From assembly GCA_016933575.1 (NCBI GenBank), contig JAFGAR010000151.1:96001-160000 (forward strand): a DNA stretch of 64,000 bases. Direction: 5' to 3'. Numbering within the stretch: position 1 is the first letter of the stretch; each line of letters opens with the position of its first letter. Positions 1 through 9,343 of this stretch are shown piece by piece. Under the pieces are notes generated by a model. It saw nothing but the letters and a program-made list of their open reading frames with translations. It made no database searches and was not told the DNA's origin. Source of the DNA: Candidatus Thorarchaeota archaeon (GTDB lineage: Archaea; Asgardarchaeota; Thorarchaeia; Thorarchaeales; Thorarchaeaceae). Position numbers and translations under genes: made by a program.

Positions 1-438
1 GCAGTAAGGGAGTCCGATTTACGTACTCGTCTACGAACCTTTCCTCGAGACGCACAATCTTGGTATTCACTTGGAGCTTATTTACGATTAGTTGGACGAT
101 TTAATGAAGCTGAGGATGTACTGCGGAGGGCAATCTCTCTCAATCCTGGACCCTCTCATTTTTGGGAAGAACTTGCTCGTACTCTTATGGATCTAGGTAG
201 GATTGATGAAGCCTACCAAATATACGATAGTTCAACACGAGGTAGATCATCCATCACAAAGGAGATTCAGGAGTTGAAACAGATGGAATCAAGTAGAACT
301 CACGATATTGATGACACGTCTCCCTGTATCTCATGCAAAGATTATACCTACTATGGCTGCTCGAAAGGTGGGACTTGTGATGCTATTATTCGATGGCGGT
401 CCCGAGCTCAGCACTTATCAATCCAGAATAGAACCTAA
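1..438 (+). CDS. TPR-repeat protein with C-terminal Cys cluster (5' truncated by window)
   Basis: Frame +1 is open from base 1: AVRESDLRTRLRTFPRDAQSWYSLGAYLRLVGRFNEAEDVLRRAISLNPGPSHFWEELARTLMDLGRIDEA, a TPR consensus; C-terminal CISC-x7-C-x5-C. Confidence 0.75.
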   Translation, partial: AVRESDLRTRLRTFPRDAQSWYSLGAYLRLVGRFNEAEDVLRRAISLNPGPSHFWEELARTLMDLGRIDEAYQIYDSSTRGRSSITKEIQELKQMESSRTHDIDDTSPCISCKDYTYYGCSKGGTCDAIIRWRSRAQHLSIQNRT

Positions 439-528
439 AATCTGCGGAGAACCTGCATGTCCCTTCCGAATCACTGATTTGGCGGAGAGTTCTTCAGCAG
501 TCAGCATTACAGATATGGATGATAAGAG

Positions 529-2340
529 ATGTTTGACCTTTCTAAACTCGTTAGCGATCTTCCCGATCAACCGGGAGTCTACCTTTGGAAGAACGAGAAA
601 GGTGATATTCTTTATATTGGAAAAGCAAAGGCGCTTCGAAAGCGTGTCGGTTCCTACTTACGCACAAGGAGTCTTGTGCGTAGAACTTGGGAAATGATGC
701 AACAAGCTCGAGACTTGGAGATAATAATCACAAACACAGATCGTGAAGCACTTGTTCTTGAGCAGACACTTATCAAGAAACATCAACCACGATACAATAT
801 AGCTCTCAAGGATGACCGCCGCCATGCTTGGATACGGGTGAATCTTCAGGATTCCATTCCAACCTTTGAGATTACACGTGATACCGAAAAAGATGGTTCT
901 ATCTATTTTGGCCCTTATGGGAGTACAAAACGATTAGAGAGGTTTCTTGATACAATTCGAAAGACCATACCTGTAGCAAACTGCAAAGAACCATGGAAGG
1001 TGAAACGTGCTTGTATGGACTATCACCTAGACCGATGTACTGGTCCGTGTGAAGGTCATATTGAATCTGAAGACTATTGCACTCTTGTTGAACAGATGTG
1101 TCTATACCTTGAAGGTCGATCGGAAGAGCTCACAAGCAATATTGAGGAACAGATGAAGAACGCCTCAGCTGAAATGCAGTTCGAAGCCGCTGCAGAGCTC
1201 CGTGACAGACTTACTGATATTGAGATAATAATGAGCCGACAGAAGGTAGTTGAGTTCGAAGGGATCAACCGAGATATCTTAGGTATTTCACGTACTGAAC
1301 AAGCAGCACTGGTAGAAATGCTCATTGTTCGTAATGGTCGTCTCATCGGTCAGGACAATTTCTATTTCGAAGTAGACCTCGAGGTAAAAGATGCCGAAGT
1401 TTTGACTGCTTTCATAGAACAATTCTATTTTGAAGCTCCTCGATTGCCCGATGAGATTGTTGTGCCATGCAAAATTCCTGAAATGGCGCAACTAAGCGAG
1501 TGGTTGAGTGAAACAAATGGTCATGATGTTCGAGTGACAGAACCTCTTGATGCACGAAGTACCGACCTTGTTGATATGGCAAACAAGAATGCTCATCGTG
1601 CACTTAGAAAGTTGTTGATACTTGGTGAGAGTGAAGAAGAGATTGTGAACGATGGTGTAAAGGAGTTAAAGGAAATTCTCAATCTAAGTCAAGCTCCAAT
1701 ACACATTGAAGGATTTGACATTGCCAATATCCAGGGAACAGATCCAACTGGTTCGTGCGTGGTCTTTAGAAATGGTGAACCCGATAACAAGAGATACAGA
1801 ATGTTCAGGGTAAGAGTGAAGGAGCGTCCTGATGATTATGCCATGATGCGAGAGGTTGTCTTCCGACGATACCGAGGTGTCTTAGAACGAGGTCATTCTC
1901 TCCCAGATTTAATACTGATTGATGGCGGGAAAGGACAACTCAATGTTGCCTTAGATGCACTCAAAGAATTAGGTCTGGAATATCTCCAAGTCGCTTCAGT
2001 TGCAAAAAAGGAGGAACGCGTTTTCACTCGAACTATTCCAGATGGTGTTGTCTTAGATTTAGGTTCTGATAGCCTTCATCTCATACAGAACATCAGAGAT
2101 GAAGCCCATAGATTTGCTCAAAAATATCACCACAAACTTAGAGAGAAGCGATTCAGTGGTTCCATTTTGGAAGAAGCACCTAGTATTGGACCCAAACGTC
2201 GCAAGGTTCTCATCGATAAGTTCGGTAGCTATGATGGAGTGATGAAGGCTTCAGTTGAACAGCTAGCCAAGGTCGAGGGGATGTCTGATTTTGCCGCAAA
2301 GAAATTGCGAGCTTGGCTTGATGCTCAAGACCAAGATTAG
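529..2340 (+). CDS. uvrC: Excinuclease ABC subunit C
   Basis: GIY-YIG N-terminus (PGVYLW..YIGKAK.LR.RV.SY), Cys-rich region, UVR domain (FE.AAELRD), RNase H-like domain (IEGFDIAN, DDYAMM, DGGKGQL, RDEAHRFA), C-terminal HhH. Confidence 0.97.
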   Translation: MFDLSKLVSDLPDQPGVYLWKNEKGDILYIGKAKALRKRVGSYLRTRSLVRRTWEMMQQARDLEIIITNTDREALVLEQTLIKKHQPRYNIALKDDRRHAWIRVNLQDSIPTFEITRDTEKDGSIYFGPYGSTKRLERFLDTIRKTIPVANCKEPWKVKRACMDYHLDRCTGPCEGHIESEDYCTLVEQMCLYLEGRSEELTSNIEEQMKNASAEMQFEAAAELRDRLTDIEIIMSRQKVVEFEGINRDILGISRTEQAALVEMLIVRNGRLIGQDNFYFEVDLEVKDAEVLTAFIEQFYFEAPRLPDEIVVPCKIPEMAQLSEWLSETNGHDVRVTEPLDARSTDLVDMANKNAHRALRKLLILGESEEEIVNDGVKELKEILNLSQAPIHIEGFDIANIQGTDPTGSCVVFRNGEPDNKRYRMFRVRVKERPDDYAMMREVVFRRYRGVLERGHSLPDLILIDGGKGQLNVALDALKELGLEYLQVASVAKKEERVFTRTIPDGVVLDLGSDSLHLIQNIRDEAHRFAQKYHHKLREKRFSGSILEEAPSIGPKRRKVLIDKFGSYDGVMKASVEQLAKVEGMSDFAAKKLRAWLDAQDQD

Positions 2341-2422
2341 AATAGCAATCTAGTATTCCGGTAAAAAGAAATAATGGCTTGTATATTTATGATATCTGTA
2401 TTGAAGTAGTAAGTTGATTAGA

Positions 2423-2662
2423 ATGACAATCAAAGTCTTCCTTACAATCAATGTTGTTTCTGGTCGTGCTCGAGACATCCGTGATAAGATAAAGTCATTT
2501 CAAGAAGTCCGTCTAGTCTGTACTATTGATCATGGAACCTTTGATGTTGTTGCCTTTGTCGAAATTGAATCACTTGAAGATTATAGGACTTTTTCAATCG
2601 ATAAAGTTGGAAAGCTTCCTTATATCGAAGACTATACTTCTTTCATTACTCTGGATGGTTAG
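2423..2662 (+). CDS. Stand-alone Lrp/AsnC ligand-binding (RAM) domain protein
   Basis: VFLTINV..G....I...I..FQEV......GTFDVVAFVEIESLED pattern; no HTH. Confidence 0.8.
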   Translation: MTIKVFLTINVVSGRARDIRDKIKSFQEVRLVCTIDHGTFDVVAFVEIESLEDYRTFSIDKVGKLPYIEDYTSFITLDG

Positions 2663-2824
2663 TGAATCTTCAAAGGGGTTTTTGTGGTCTTTCGAAACAG
2701 TTTATAAAAAACAATAGAACGTAGAATTTCGTTCTCAAAAAGTCAGACCCCGAAATTTAAATGGGAATGCGTGAGGGTTTGCGACGTGGGACTCATATAG
2801 ATGTCCCGAAAAGATGTGGTCTAA

Positions 2825-3007
2825 ATGATCTGGAAAGTAACTGACGCATGTACAGCATGTGGCACCTGCGCAGACGTTTGTCCCGTTGATCCCACCCTAT
2901 ATGTGGTCAACGACAAAGCTGTGTATCAAGTTGCTCGTGCTGACGAATGCACTGAATGTTATGCATGTGTTGATAGTTGCCCCGAAGGCGCTATCGAAGA
3001 AGCATAA
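2825..3007 (+). CDS. 2[4Fe-4S] ferredoxin
   Basis: Two CxxCxxCxxxCP motifs (CTACGTCADVCP, CTECYACVDSCP). Confidence 0.95.
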   Translation: MIWKVTDACTACGTCADVCPVDPTLYVVNDKAVYQVARADECTECYACVDSCPEGAIEEA

Positions 3008-3040
3008 TACCAGTGATTGTGCTTACCCTTGCTATTGAGC

Positions 3041-3106
3041 GAGGGGTGGAGTGACAGGAGTACTCTCTTTAACAAGAGGGTGTTCCTGTCAGTGATTCCT
3101 CTTTTT
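3041..3106 (+). terminator. Long RNA hairpin plus U-tract after the ferredoxin gene (terminator or structured 3' element)
   Basis: 18-bp stem 3052-3069/3074-3091 with 3 G-U pairs, outer stem 3041-3047/3095-3101, then TTTTT. Confidence 0.7.
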
Positions 3107-3121
3107 CTTATTCTAACATTT

Positions 3122-3382
3122 TTAATCTTTCACCAGAAATGGCTCACCAAGGATTGAGTCAAAGAACTGCCTAAGGGATTTATCATGAATCGTCACGCGT
3201 ACTTGAGCAACATCATCAGATTCCGGATCGTATGTTCCAATAACTCGCTCTATCTGAGAATCATCCTCACCTGAAAGAATAGTACGTGCTTCATCAACTT
3301 CTTGGTGAAGTGAGAACTTTTCACGTATCTGGTCCATACTTGCCTTGTAACTATCTGGTTTGATTTTGTAGAAGAGTCTCAT
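3122..3382 (-). CDS. Small hypothetical protein
   Basis: ATG at 3382 preceded by GGAG; MRLFYKIKPDSYK...; ordinary globular composition. Confidence 0.7.
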   Translation of the reverse strand: MRLFYKIKPDSYKASMDQIREKFSLHQEVDEARTILSGEDDSQIERVIGTYDPESDDVAQVRVTIHDKSLRQFFDSILGEPFLVKD

Positions 3383-3485
3383 AGGTCTATCTCCTGTATC
3401 TATGGTTAAATAATAATACGCGCAGGAAGGTATAAGTGATTTAGTCTTATAGACTAAGTGCATTGCAAGTCGGGAGGATTTTGAC

Positions 3486-5114
3486 TTGATTAATTACCAC
3501 CACAAAATGATTAGCATTCTGATGCTTACCTTACTGATTTCAGGTTTCATTCCTCTTGTGATGTCTCCAACGATTTCATTTGAGAGCCCGGGACAAGTCT
3601 ATGCTCCTTCTGCTTTCACATGGGAGACATTCAACAAGAATATGAACGTGACAACATTTGTTTCTCCGGACGGTAGTCATGATGCCCTCTGGCACTTTCT
3701 TAACTCCGCTCAAGAGAGTATCTATGTGGAGATCTTTGGTATTAATAATCCATACTTATTAGATCTCATCCATGATCTTCATGCGACTAAACCCTCGCTT
3801 GAGATGAAGTTCTTGATTGGTTGGAACAGCCTTGGATACTATAGTCCTAACGATTACGTAGCGAACAATCTGACACTTCTTGGATATCCTGTGAAATGGA
3901 CGAGTGACACTGAATTTACTTATGCTCATCAGAAGTTTGTGATCATTGATAATAAGACAACTATTGTTCATTCTGGCAACTGGGCAAAGACAAGCTTCCC
4001 AGAGGATGGCATGAAAGCGAACAGAGAATGGAGCATTGCAATGACTGATACTGAAGTTACAAGTTACTACCGTGATGTCTTTGATTATGATTGGAGTAAT
4101 GGTATCGATTATGATGCAGGTACCCATGGAACTGGCGACCCACTCTCATACTCCGAATCTACGAGTACCTACACCCGCCCCTTTGCTACACCTGGCACAT
4201 TTAGTGGTTCAATGAATGTGACTCCAATATTCAGCCCTGATACAAGTCTTCAGGGAATCCTGTATTGCATCAATATTGCACAGGCAACACTCGACATTCA
4301 AATCCCATACTTTACAAGCTATCTGGATGCTGGTGAAGTTGATCAAGTAGTAACTGCAATTATCGCTGCCAAAGAACGAGGAGTTACTGTCCGTGTGATC
4401 ACCGAAGAGGAATATGATTTTCTCGAGATTGCTGAGCTCTTTGGAGAACACAACATTCCAATTGTCTGGCAGGATACACGGTGGTTCACTGCAAATCATA
4501 ACAAAGGTATCATCGTTGACGGAAGGATAGTCCTCATTAGCAGCATAAACTACAGCGATGGAAGTATTTCTGAAAACCGTGAGGCTGGTGTGATCATTGA
4601 GCACGAAGGTATTGCCCAATGGTTTCAAGAAGTATACGACTTTGATTGGGGCATTGCAGACTGCGATGAGATGAATGAAGTCAATCTCTACTGGAATCCA
4701 AATATCCCAACGAGTACTACTCCAATCAATGTGACAGTTTACGCTCACATGCTCTTTTCTGAACCTGTTACTAATGTCAAACTTGGTGTCAAGATTGGTT
4801 CTGGAAGTTGGGCTAATTACACCATCTTCAGTAATGTCTTTGAGTCTTCTGAAGGTGACCTCGAGAACTACTTTTACGTTATCTCACCTCAAGCTGATGG
4901 GACAAACATCACTGTTCAGGCATCAGTAGAGGCTGGTGGAGTCTGGCATGTTGGTGAAGAGATGGTGATTAGGGTTCGAAACTCAATTGGTTCTGGAACA
5001 ACAACCACGACTACAGTTGATTCCCTCACCCAATTACTAGTGGAACTTGCACCATACATTGCACTAGCAGTAGTAGCAGCGATTGGTGGAATTTGCGTCA
5101 AGAAAAAGCGATAG
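3486..5114 (+). CDS. Secreted, membrane-anchored phospholipase D-family (HKD) protein
   Basis: Two HKD motifs (HQKFVIID..SGNW, HNKGIIVD..SINY), N-terminal signal-like helix, Thr-rich linker, C-terminal TM plus KKKR; GGAGG before the TTG start. Confidence 0.9.
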   Translation: MINYHHKMISILMLTLLISGFIPLVMSPTISFESPGQVYAPSAFTWETFNKNMNVTTFVSPDGSHDALWHFLNSAQESIYVEIFGINNPYLLDLIHDLHATKPSLEMKFLIGWNSLGYYSPNDYVANNLTLLGYPVKWTSDTEFTYAHQKFVIIDNKTTIVHSGNWAKTSFPEDGMKANREWSIAMTDTEVTSYYRDVFDYDWSNGIDYDAGTHGTGDPLSYSESTSTYTRPFATPGTFSGSMNVTPIFSPDTSLQGILYCINIAQATLDIQIPYFTSYLDAGEVDQVVTAIIAAKERGVTVRVITEEEYDFLEIAELFGEHNIPIVWQDTRWFTANHNKGIIVDGRIVLISSINYSDGSISENREAGVIIEHEGIAQWFQEVYDFDWGIADCDEMNEVNLYWNPNIPTSTTPINVTVYAHMLFSEPVTNVKLGVKIGSGSWANYTIFSNVFESSEGDLENYFYVISPQADGTNITVQASVEAGGVWHVGEEMVIRVRNSIGSGTTTTTTVDSLTQLLVELAPYIALAVVAAIGGICVKKKR

Positions 5115-5143
5115 TTGTGTACTGAAAATTACATGATACTGTA

Positions 5144-5164
5144 AAGGGGTCTGTGCGACCCCTT
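5144..5164. terminator. Hairpin between convergent genes
   Basis: AAGGGGTC-tgtgc-GACCCCTT, followed shortly by a T-tract. Confidence 0.6.
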
Positions 5165-5173
5165 CAACATTTT

Positions 5174-5779
5174 TTACGAGTTCTCTGCCATTTCTGCAAA
5201 CTTGTAGCAACTATCAGCATCTTGCATCTCGCCACGTTTCTCATGAAGTCCTGCTGCTATTCGATAAGCTCTAGCAACAGCAGCCCAATTTTCTTGAGCG
5301 TCTAGACAGAGAGCAAGTGCTTTCCAAGTCTTAGGGTCTCCTGATTCATATTTGATAGCTTCATTATACGAATCGATTGCTTCTTGAATCCGTAATAGAC
5401 TCTCGAGCGCTCTTGCCTTCTTTATCCAGAGTTCTGCACTCTTTGGTACCAATTTTATTCCCGCATCTGCAGTATCATTTGCTTCTTCAAAAGCACCTAC
5501 GGTCAAATGAGCCTCTGCTTTATTGGAGTGACCTCTATAGTCTTTGGGATCAATATCAATTGCTAGATCAAAGGCGATAATTGCATCCATCTGCTCACCG
5601 ATATGAATGTGAGTTAGACCCAGCTCATTCAATACGTCAAGATTATTCGGTTCTAACTCGAGAGCTTTCCGATAAACCTCGATGGCTTTCTTATTCATTC
5701 CTTGTTGCCGCAGAGTTCGAGCCTTACTAACTAGCTCTTTTAAGGTCAATCCTTCCAAAGACATAATTGATTTTGTCAT
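5174..5779 (-). CDS. TPR-repeat protein
   Basis: Repeated A...Y.KAL.L.P / W..KA.AL TPR units. Confidence 0.9.
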   Translation of the reverse strand: MTKSIMSLEGLTLKELVSKARTLRQQGMNKKAIEVYRKALELEPNNLDVLNELGLTHIHIGEQMDAIIAFDLAIDIDPKDYRGHSNKAEAHLTVGAFEEANDTADAGIKLVPKSAELWIKKARALESLLRIQEAIDSYNEAIKYESGDPKTWKALALCLDAQENWAAVARAYRIAAGLHEKRGEMQDADSCYKFAEMAENS

Positions 5780-5920
5780 TCATGTCGTTTTAATCATTCT
5801 TAGGTTAAATAGGTCAGAAATTCGTGGAATATACTCGTCGAGCAATAGAATCTATCAGACAATAAGGATTTTAACGGAGCCATTCCCCCTCCTGTTACCC
5901 TAAATCGTGAGGAAACACGG

Positions 5921-6475
5921 ATGAAGAGAGACGACGACACATTCTTCGAAGATGACTATGATGAAGAGGATGAAGAAGAAGAGGAAGATACCTTCCCAGA
6001 TGAGGATGAAGTAGAAGAAGTGGATGAAGACGATTACGAAGAATTCGAAGATGTATTCGAACAACCAAAAGAACGATTCATAGGATTTATGCAAGATCCA
6101 TGGCCAAGGGTAGTGTTCGTCCTGACACTAATTGGATTAGGGATTGTTCTATTTACGCCTCATGATACTTGGCGAGCTTTTGGATACTTTATTCTTGGTA
6201 TCTATTTCCTATGGGTCATGGTTGGAGTGGCATTTGTCTTCTCAATAATGACTTGGAACCGTGCTGGTACGCATAGATTGCGATGGGCGGCACCAACCAA
6301 TATCCTTGTAGTATTGGCCTGTGGTGGACTAGGATCCGTAGACACAGCAAGTTGGATCATTCAAGGAAGTGGATTCCTTGACACACCAATAATCTCACTC
6401 TGCTTTGTGTTGGTCCTATTCTCACTGTATACACTATGGTTGGTCCAGAGAAGTTTTGGGCCTCAGAATCGCTAA
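5921..6475 (+). CDS. Membrane protein (about 4 TM) with highly acidic N-terminal tail
   Basis: About 45-aa D/E-rich N-terminus followed by four hydrophobic segments. Confidence 0.75.
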   Translation: MKRDDDTFFEDDYDEEDEEEEEDTFPDEDEVEEVDEDDYEEFEDVFEQPKERFIGFMQDPWPRVVFVLTLIGLGIVLFTPHDTWRAFGYFILGIYFLWVMVGVAFVFSIMTWNRAGTHRLRWAAPTNILVVLACGGLGSVDTASWIIQGSGFLDTPIISLCFVLVLFSLYTLWLVQRSFGPQNR

Positions 6476-6481
6476 GCAAAG

Positions 6482-6862
6482 GTGTCTTCAGTGGGCGATG
6501 ATCCCTGCACTCTAAAAGAACTCACAGAGATGATACGCGACTTCGTTCGAGAACGTGATTGGGAACAATACAATCGACCTCTAAATCTTGCCATCTCCAC
6601 CTCAATTGAAGTCGGAGAGCTCTTGGAACTTTTCCAGTGGAAGAATGAAGCTGACATCGAGGTAGCACTAAACGATGAAAGATTTCGTGAAGATCTTGCT
6701 TCAGAGATAGCTGATGTTCTTGTATATCTATTAAGAGTAGCAGATACAACAGGTATTGATCCAACACAGGCTGTTATCGACAAGATGAAGAAGAATCGAG
6801 AAAAATATCCGATTGACTATTGGAGTGGGCGTGCACCAAGCAAGTTTAATCGTCCTGAGTAA
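6482..6862 (+). CDS. MazG-like nucleotide pyrophosphohydrolase (DCTPP1-like)
   Basis: F..ERDW.QY..P.NLA....EVGELLELFQW, EIADVL.YL, K...N.EKYP. Confidence 0.92.
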   Translation: MSSVGDDPCTLKELTEMIRDFVRERDWEQYNRPLNLAISTSIEVGELLELFQWKNEADIEVALNDERFREDLASEIADVLVYLLRVADTTGIDPTQAVIDKMKKNREKYPIDYWSGRAPSKFNRPE

Positions 6863-7643
6863 GGCGAGTATAGAGTCCTGGACGTCTATCTCTTAGCGAG
6901 TCATTGCGCGCAGTTATTGATTTGCTATCTGCAAGTTTCAATTCTACATCAGCCCATCCAATACCGCTATCTGAAAGACCCATCCGAACGAGTCTTTTCC
7001 CGTTTACATCAGTTATCTGCGACGATCCAGAGAACGTAACTCCTCTCTCCGTACCAGTTCTATTTGCAGTTGCAGTAAAGATATGGTTCTCAATTGATCG
7101 TGTGACCATTGCATCCTGACAATATGGTAGAACCAGATTTGAAGGGTGTAGGATAATCTGAGCTTGTTTTAGAGCAAGAATACGGGCAACCTCTGGAAAA
7201 GCCCAGTCAAAACATATCATGACTCCAAAACGATTCTCATTGTGCTCATACACTGGCGGTTCTTCGTTTCCTTGGAGAAACCAGTCGCGTTCATTTAAAA
7301 AGAGGTGTATCTTTCGGTAGGTCCCAAAATGCTTTCCATCTCCAAATGCTGCAGCTGAATTATGCAAGCCTTCTTTTGTACGCTCACAAATCCCTGCAAC
7401 CACAAATCTCCCATCTCTCGACCAAGATATGAGTTCCCTTGATGTCTGTCCTTCAGGAATGGATTCTGCAGAGGCTTCTACCTCTTCCCTGCTCTCGAAT
7501 ACATATCCAGAATTGCAGAGCTCAGGAAGAACAAGGACATCTATCTCCACATCCTTTGCCTCACTAAGAACATCCCTGATTATTTGCAGATTTCTCTTGT
7601 ATTCGGATACATGAGGCTCTATCTGTCCAACTGCTACTCTCAT
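6846..7643 (-). CDS. Nitrilase-superfamily carbon-nitrogen hydrolase
   Basis: E-K-C triad motifs LPELCNSGY, YRKIHLF, ICFDWAFPE; C-terminal DRRP.LY. Confidence 0.93.
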   Translation of the reverse strand: MRVAVGQIEPHVSEYKRNLQIIRDVLSEAKDVEIDVLVLPELCNSGYVFESREEVEASAESIPEGQTSRELISWSRDGRFVVAGICERTKEGLHNSAAAFGDGKHFGTYRKIHLFLNERDWFLQGNEEPPVYEHNENRFGVMICFDWAFPEVARILALKQAQIILHPSNLVLPYCQDAMVTRSIENHIFTATANRTGTERGVTFSGSSQITDVNGKRLVRMGLSDSGIGWADVELKLADSKSITARNDSLRDRRPGLYTRLTQDD

Positions 7644-7699
7644 TGAAAGTCTCTCGATAATATCTTATGAAGACCAATGCTATGATTCCTTCGGTCTAT

Positions 7700-8560
7700 C
7701 TAGAAGAGAGCATGTTTCATGGCAGTCTGACAGTCACAACTTGCTTCTTTTGGAATATGAGAAATCATTTCGAATGTTAGTTTTCTCACTCTATCCACAT
7801 TTTGTGCCATTGTCTTCAAGACTAACTCGTGTGTAACTACCTCTTCTCCATGCACATCATAGTCGGTTGGCATACTAATGTTTACAAAACATATTCCTGC
7901 TTCTCGTGCTAATGCTGCTTCAGGATAGGCTGTCATACCAATAACATCGAATCCTTGGTTGTGATAGAACATTGATTCTGCTCTCGTTGAGAATCGAGGA
8001 CCATTGATACAGACATATGTTCCTTTGTCATGCACCTTATACCCAATCTTATCCGCTGTTTGAGCCGCGACTTTTCGGAGTTCCGGGCAGAATGGTTCAG
8101 CAAAGGCTAGATGTGCGATTGGACCACCTTCAAAGAATGTATCTTTTCTTACGCCAAAAGTCCTATCGAACAATTGGTCAGCAATTACAAATTCGCCAAG
8201 CTTGATTTTCTCTGGCTGAAGGCTTCCTGCAGCTGCTGGACTGATTATCCGCTTCACACCCAGAGCCTTCATTCCCCAGATATTAGCACGATAGTTTATG
8301 GCATGTGGCGGTATTGAATGTCCACGATCGTGCCTAGCTAAGAACACAAAGCTCCGACCTTTAACTGTGCCAAGTATGAAATTATCCGATGCTGCTCCGT
8401 AAGGAGTGAATATTTTCGCTTCAATTGGATTCTCAATGACTGTAGCGTCGTAGTTGCCGCTCCCCCCAAACATACCAATCTCAACGGGTAGAAGATTATG
8501 CAATTCTTCTGTCTGATTTCGGTCAACTGGTACTATTGACAAATTTGCTTCAAATGCCAA
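7700..8560 (-). CDS. mtnP: S-methyl-5'-thioadenosine/purine nucleoside phosphorylase
   Basis: GGSG, TPYG, ARH..GH..PPH.INYRANIW, GPRFSTRAES, IGMT..PEA.LARE, TDYD. Confidence 0.93.
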   Translation of the reverse strand: MAFEANLSIVPVDRNQTEELHNLLPVEIGMFGGSGNYDATVIENPIEAKIFTPYGAASDNFILGTVKGRSFVFLARHDRGHSIPPHAINYRANIWGMKALGVKRIISPAAAGSLQPEKIKLGEFVIADQLFDRTFGVRKDTFFEGGPIAHLAFAEPFCPELRKVAAQTADKIGYKVHDKGTYVCINGPRFSTRAESMFYHNQGFDVIGMTAYPEAALAREAGICFVNISMPTDYDVHGEEVVTHELVLKTMAQNVDRVRKLTFEMISHIPKEASCDCQTAMKHALF

Positions 8561-8572
8561 CTTTCATACACC

Positions 8573-9238
8573 TCATTTATTTAATTTCCATGCCTTATCC
8601 AGTGGGTATTCAATTTTTCCTAGAAATCCCATGTGTGCCTTTATCTTTGAGAGTTGATCGTCTGCGAGTACAATATTATTGTATTCACGGAGATGTTTCT
8701 TCAACTCCATTGTACTCAGCTCAGTTACTTTCTCACCCTCGAAGATCTTGACTATGAGTGATGACACATCTTCATAGAAGTTCCATGGGAAGATTTCCCA
8801 TGCCCAAGTCACCTCGACCCCATAGTAATCAGGTGTAAATTTGGAACCAGCAATATGCATGAGCGTTGCACTCTTCACCTCAGACGGTCCGCACCCCTTA
8901 ACATGATCCACAGCAGTGGTAAGGCTTTCTCCTGTGTCGGTAATGTCATCAATTACGAGAACACGTTTGCCAGTTACATCAACAGTTAGTGGACATGTGA
9001 GCTTTGCTTTTCCATCTCTTGTGGCTGTAACACCCCAATGGTCTACTTTTACAGAGTACAACTCCTTGACGCCTAAGAGGTCACATGCAATTCGTGCATG
9101 TACCCAACCTCCCCTTGCGATTCCGACGATCACTTCAGGTCGCCACTTGGACTCTTTTACTTTCTTAGCAGTCTGGTACGCATAATCATAGATATCATCA
9201 AAATCAAGTACATAACATAGAGGACCCTTAAGTTCCAT
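8573..9238 (-). CDS. Purine phosphoribosyltransferase (HGPRT/XGPRT-like)
   Basis: GIARGG, PRPP motif VLVIDDITDTGESL, W.IFPW; lies directly upstream of mtnP. Confidence 0.9.
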   Translation of the reverse strand: MELKGPLCYVLDFDDIYDYAYQTAKKVKESKWRPEVIVGIARGGWVHARIACDLLGVKELYSVKVDHWGVTATRDGKAKLTCPLTVDVTGKRVLVIDDITDTGESLTTAVDHVKGCGPSEVKSATLMHIAGSKFTPDYYGVEVTWAWEIFPWNFYEDVSSLIVKIFEGEKVTELSTMELKKHLREYNNIVLADDQLSKIKAHMGFLGKIEYPLDKAWKLNK

Positions 9239-9343
9239 AGCATTCAGCCACCATGCCAAATTCAGAATGACATCGATAAAAGTGTGACTCTTTCATCTTT
9301 TTATTATCAATAAGAGTAATAGGAGCCTCTGCTGAGATATTGA

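Noticed and set aside
308-697. 129-aa ORF overlapping the TPR gene and uvrC, and the many other short overlapping or antisense ORFs in the track
   Set aside because: They are shadows of well-supported genes and show no motifs or ribosome-binding sites.
3041-3101. SECIS element after the ferredoxin gene
   Set aside because: The ferredoxin has no in-frame TGA, the stem is too long, and no GA follows the stem in the SECIS-core position.
5930-6060. DNA tandem repeat or array
   Set aside because: The GAA/GAT periodicity simply reflects Asp and Glu codons.
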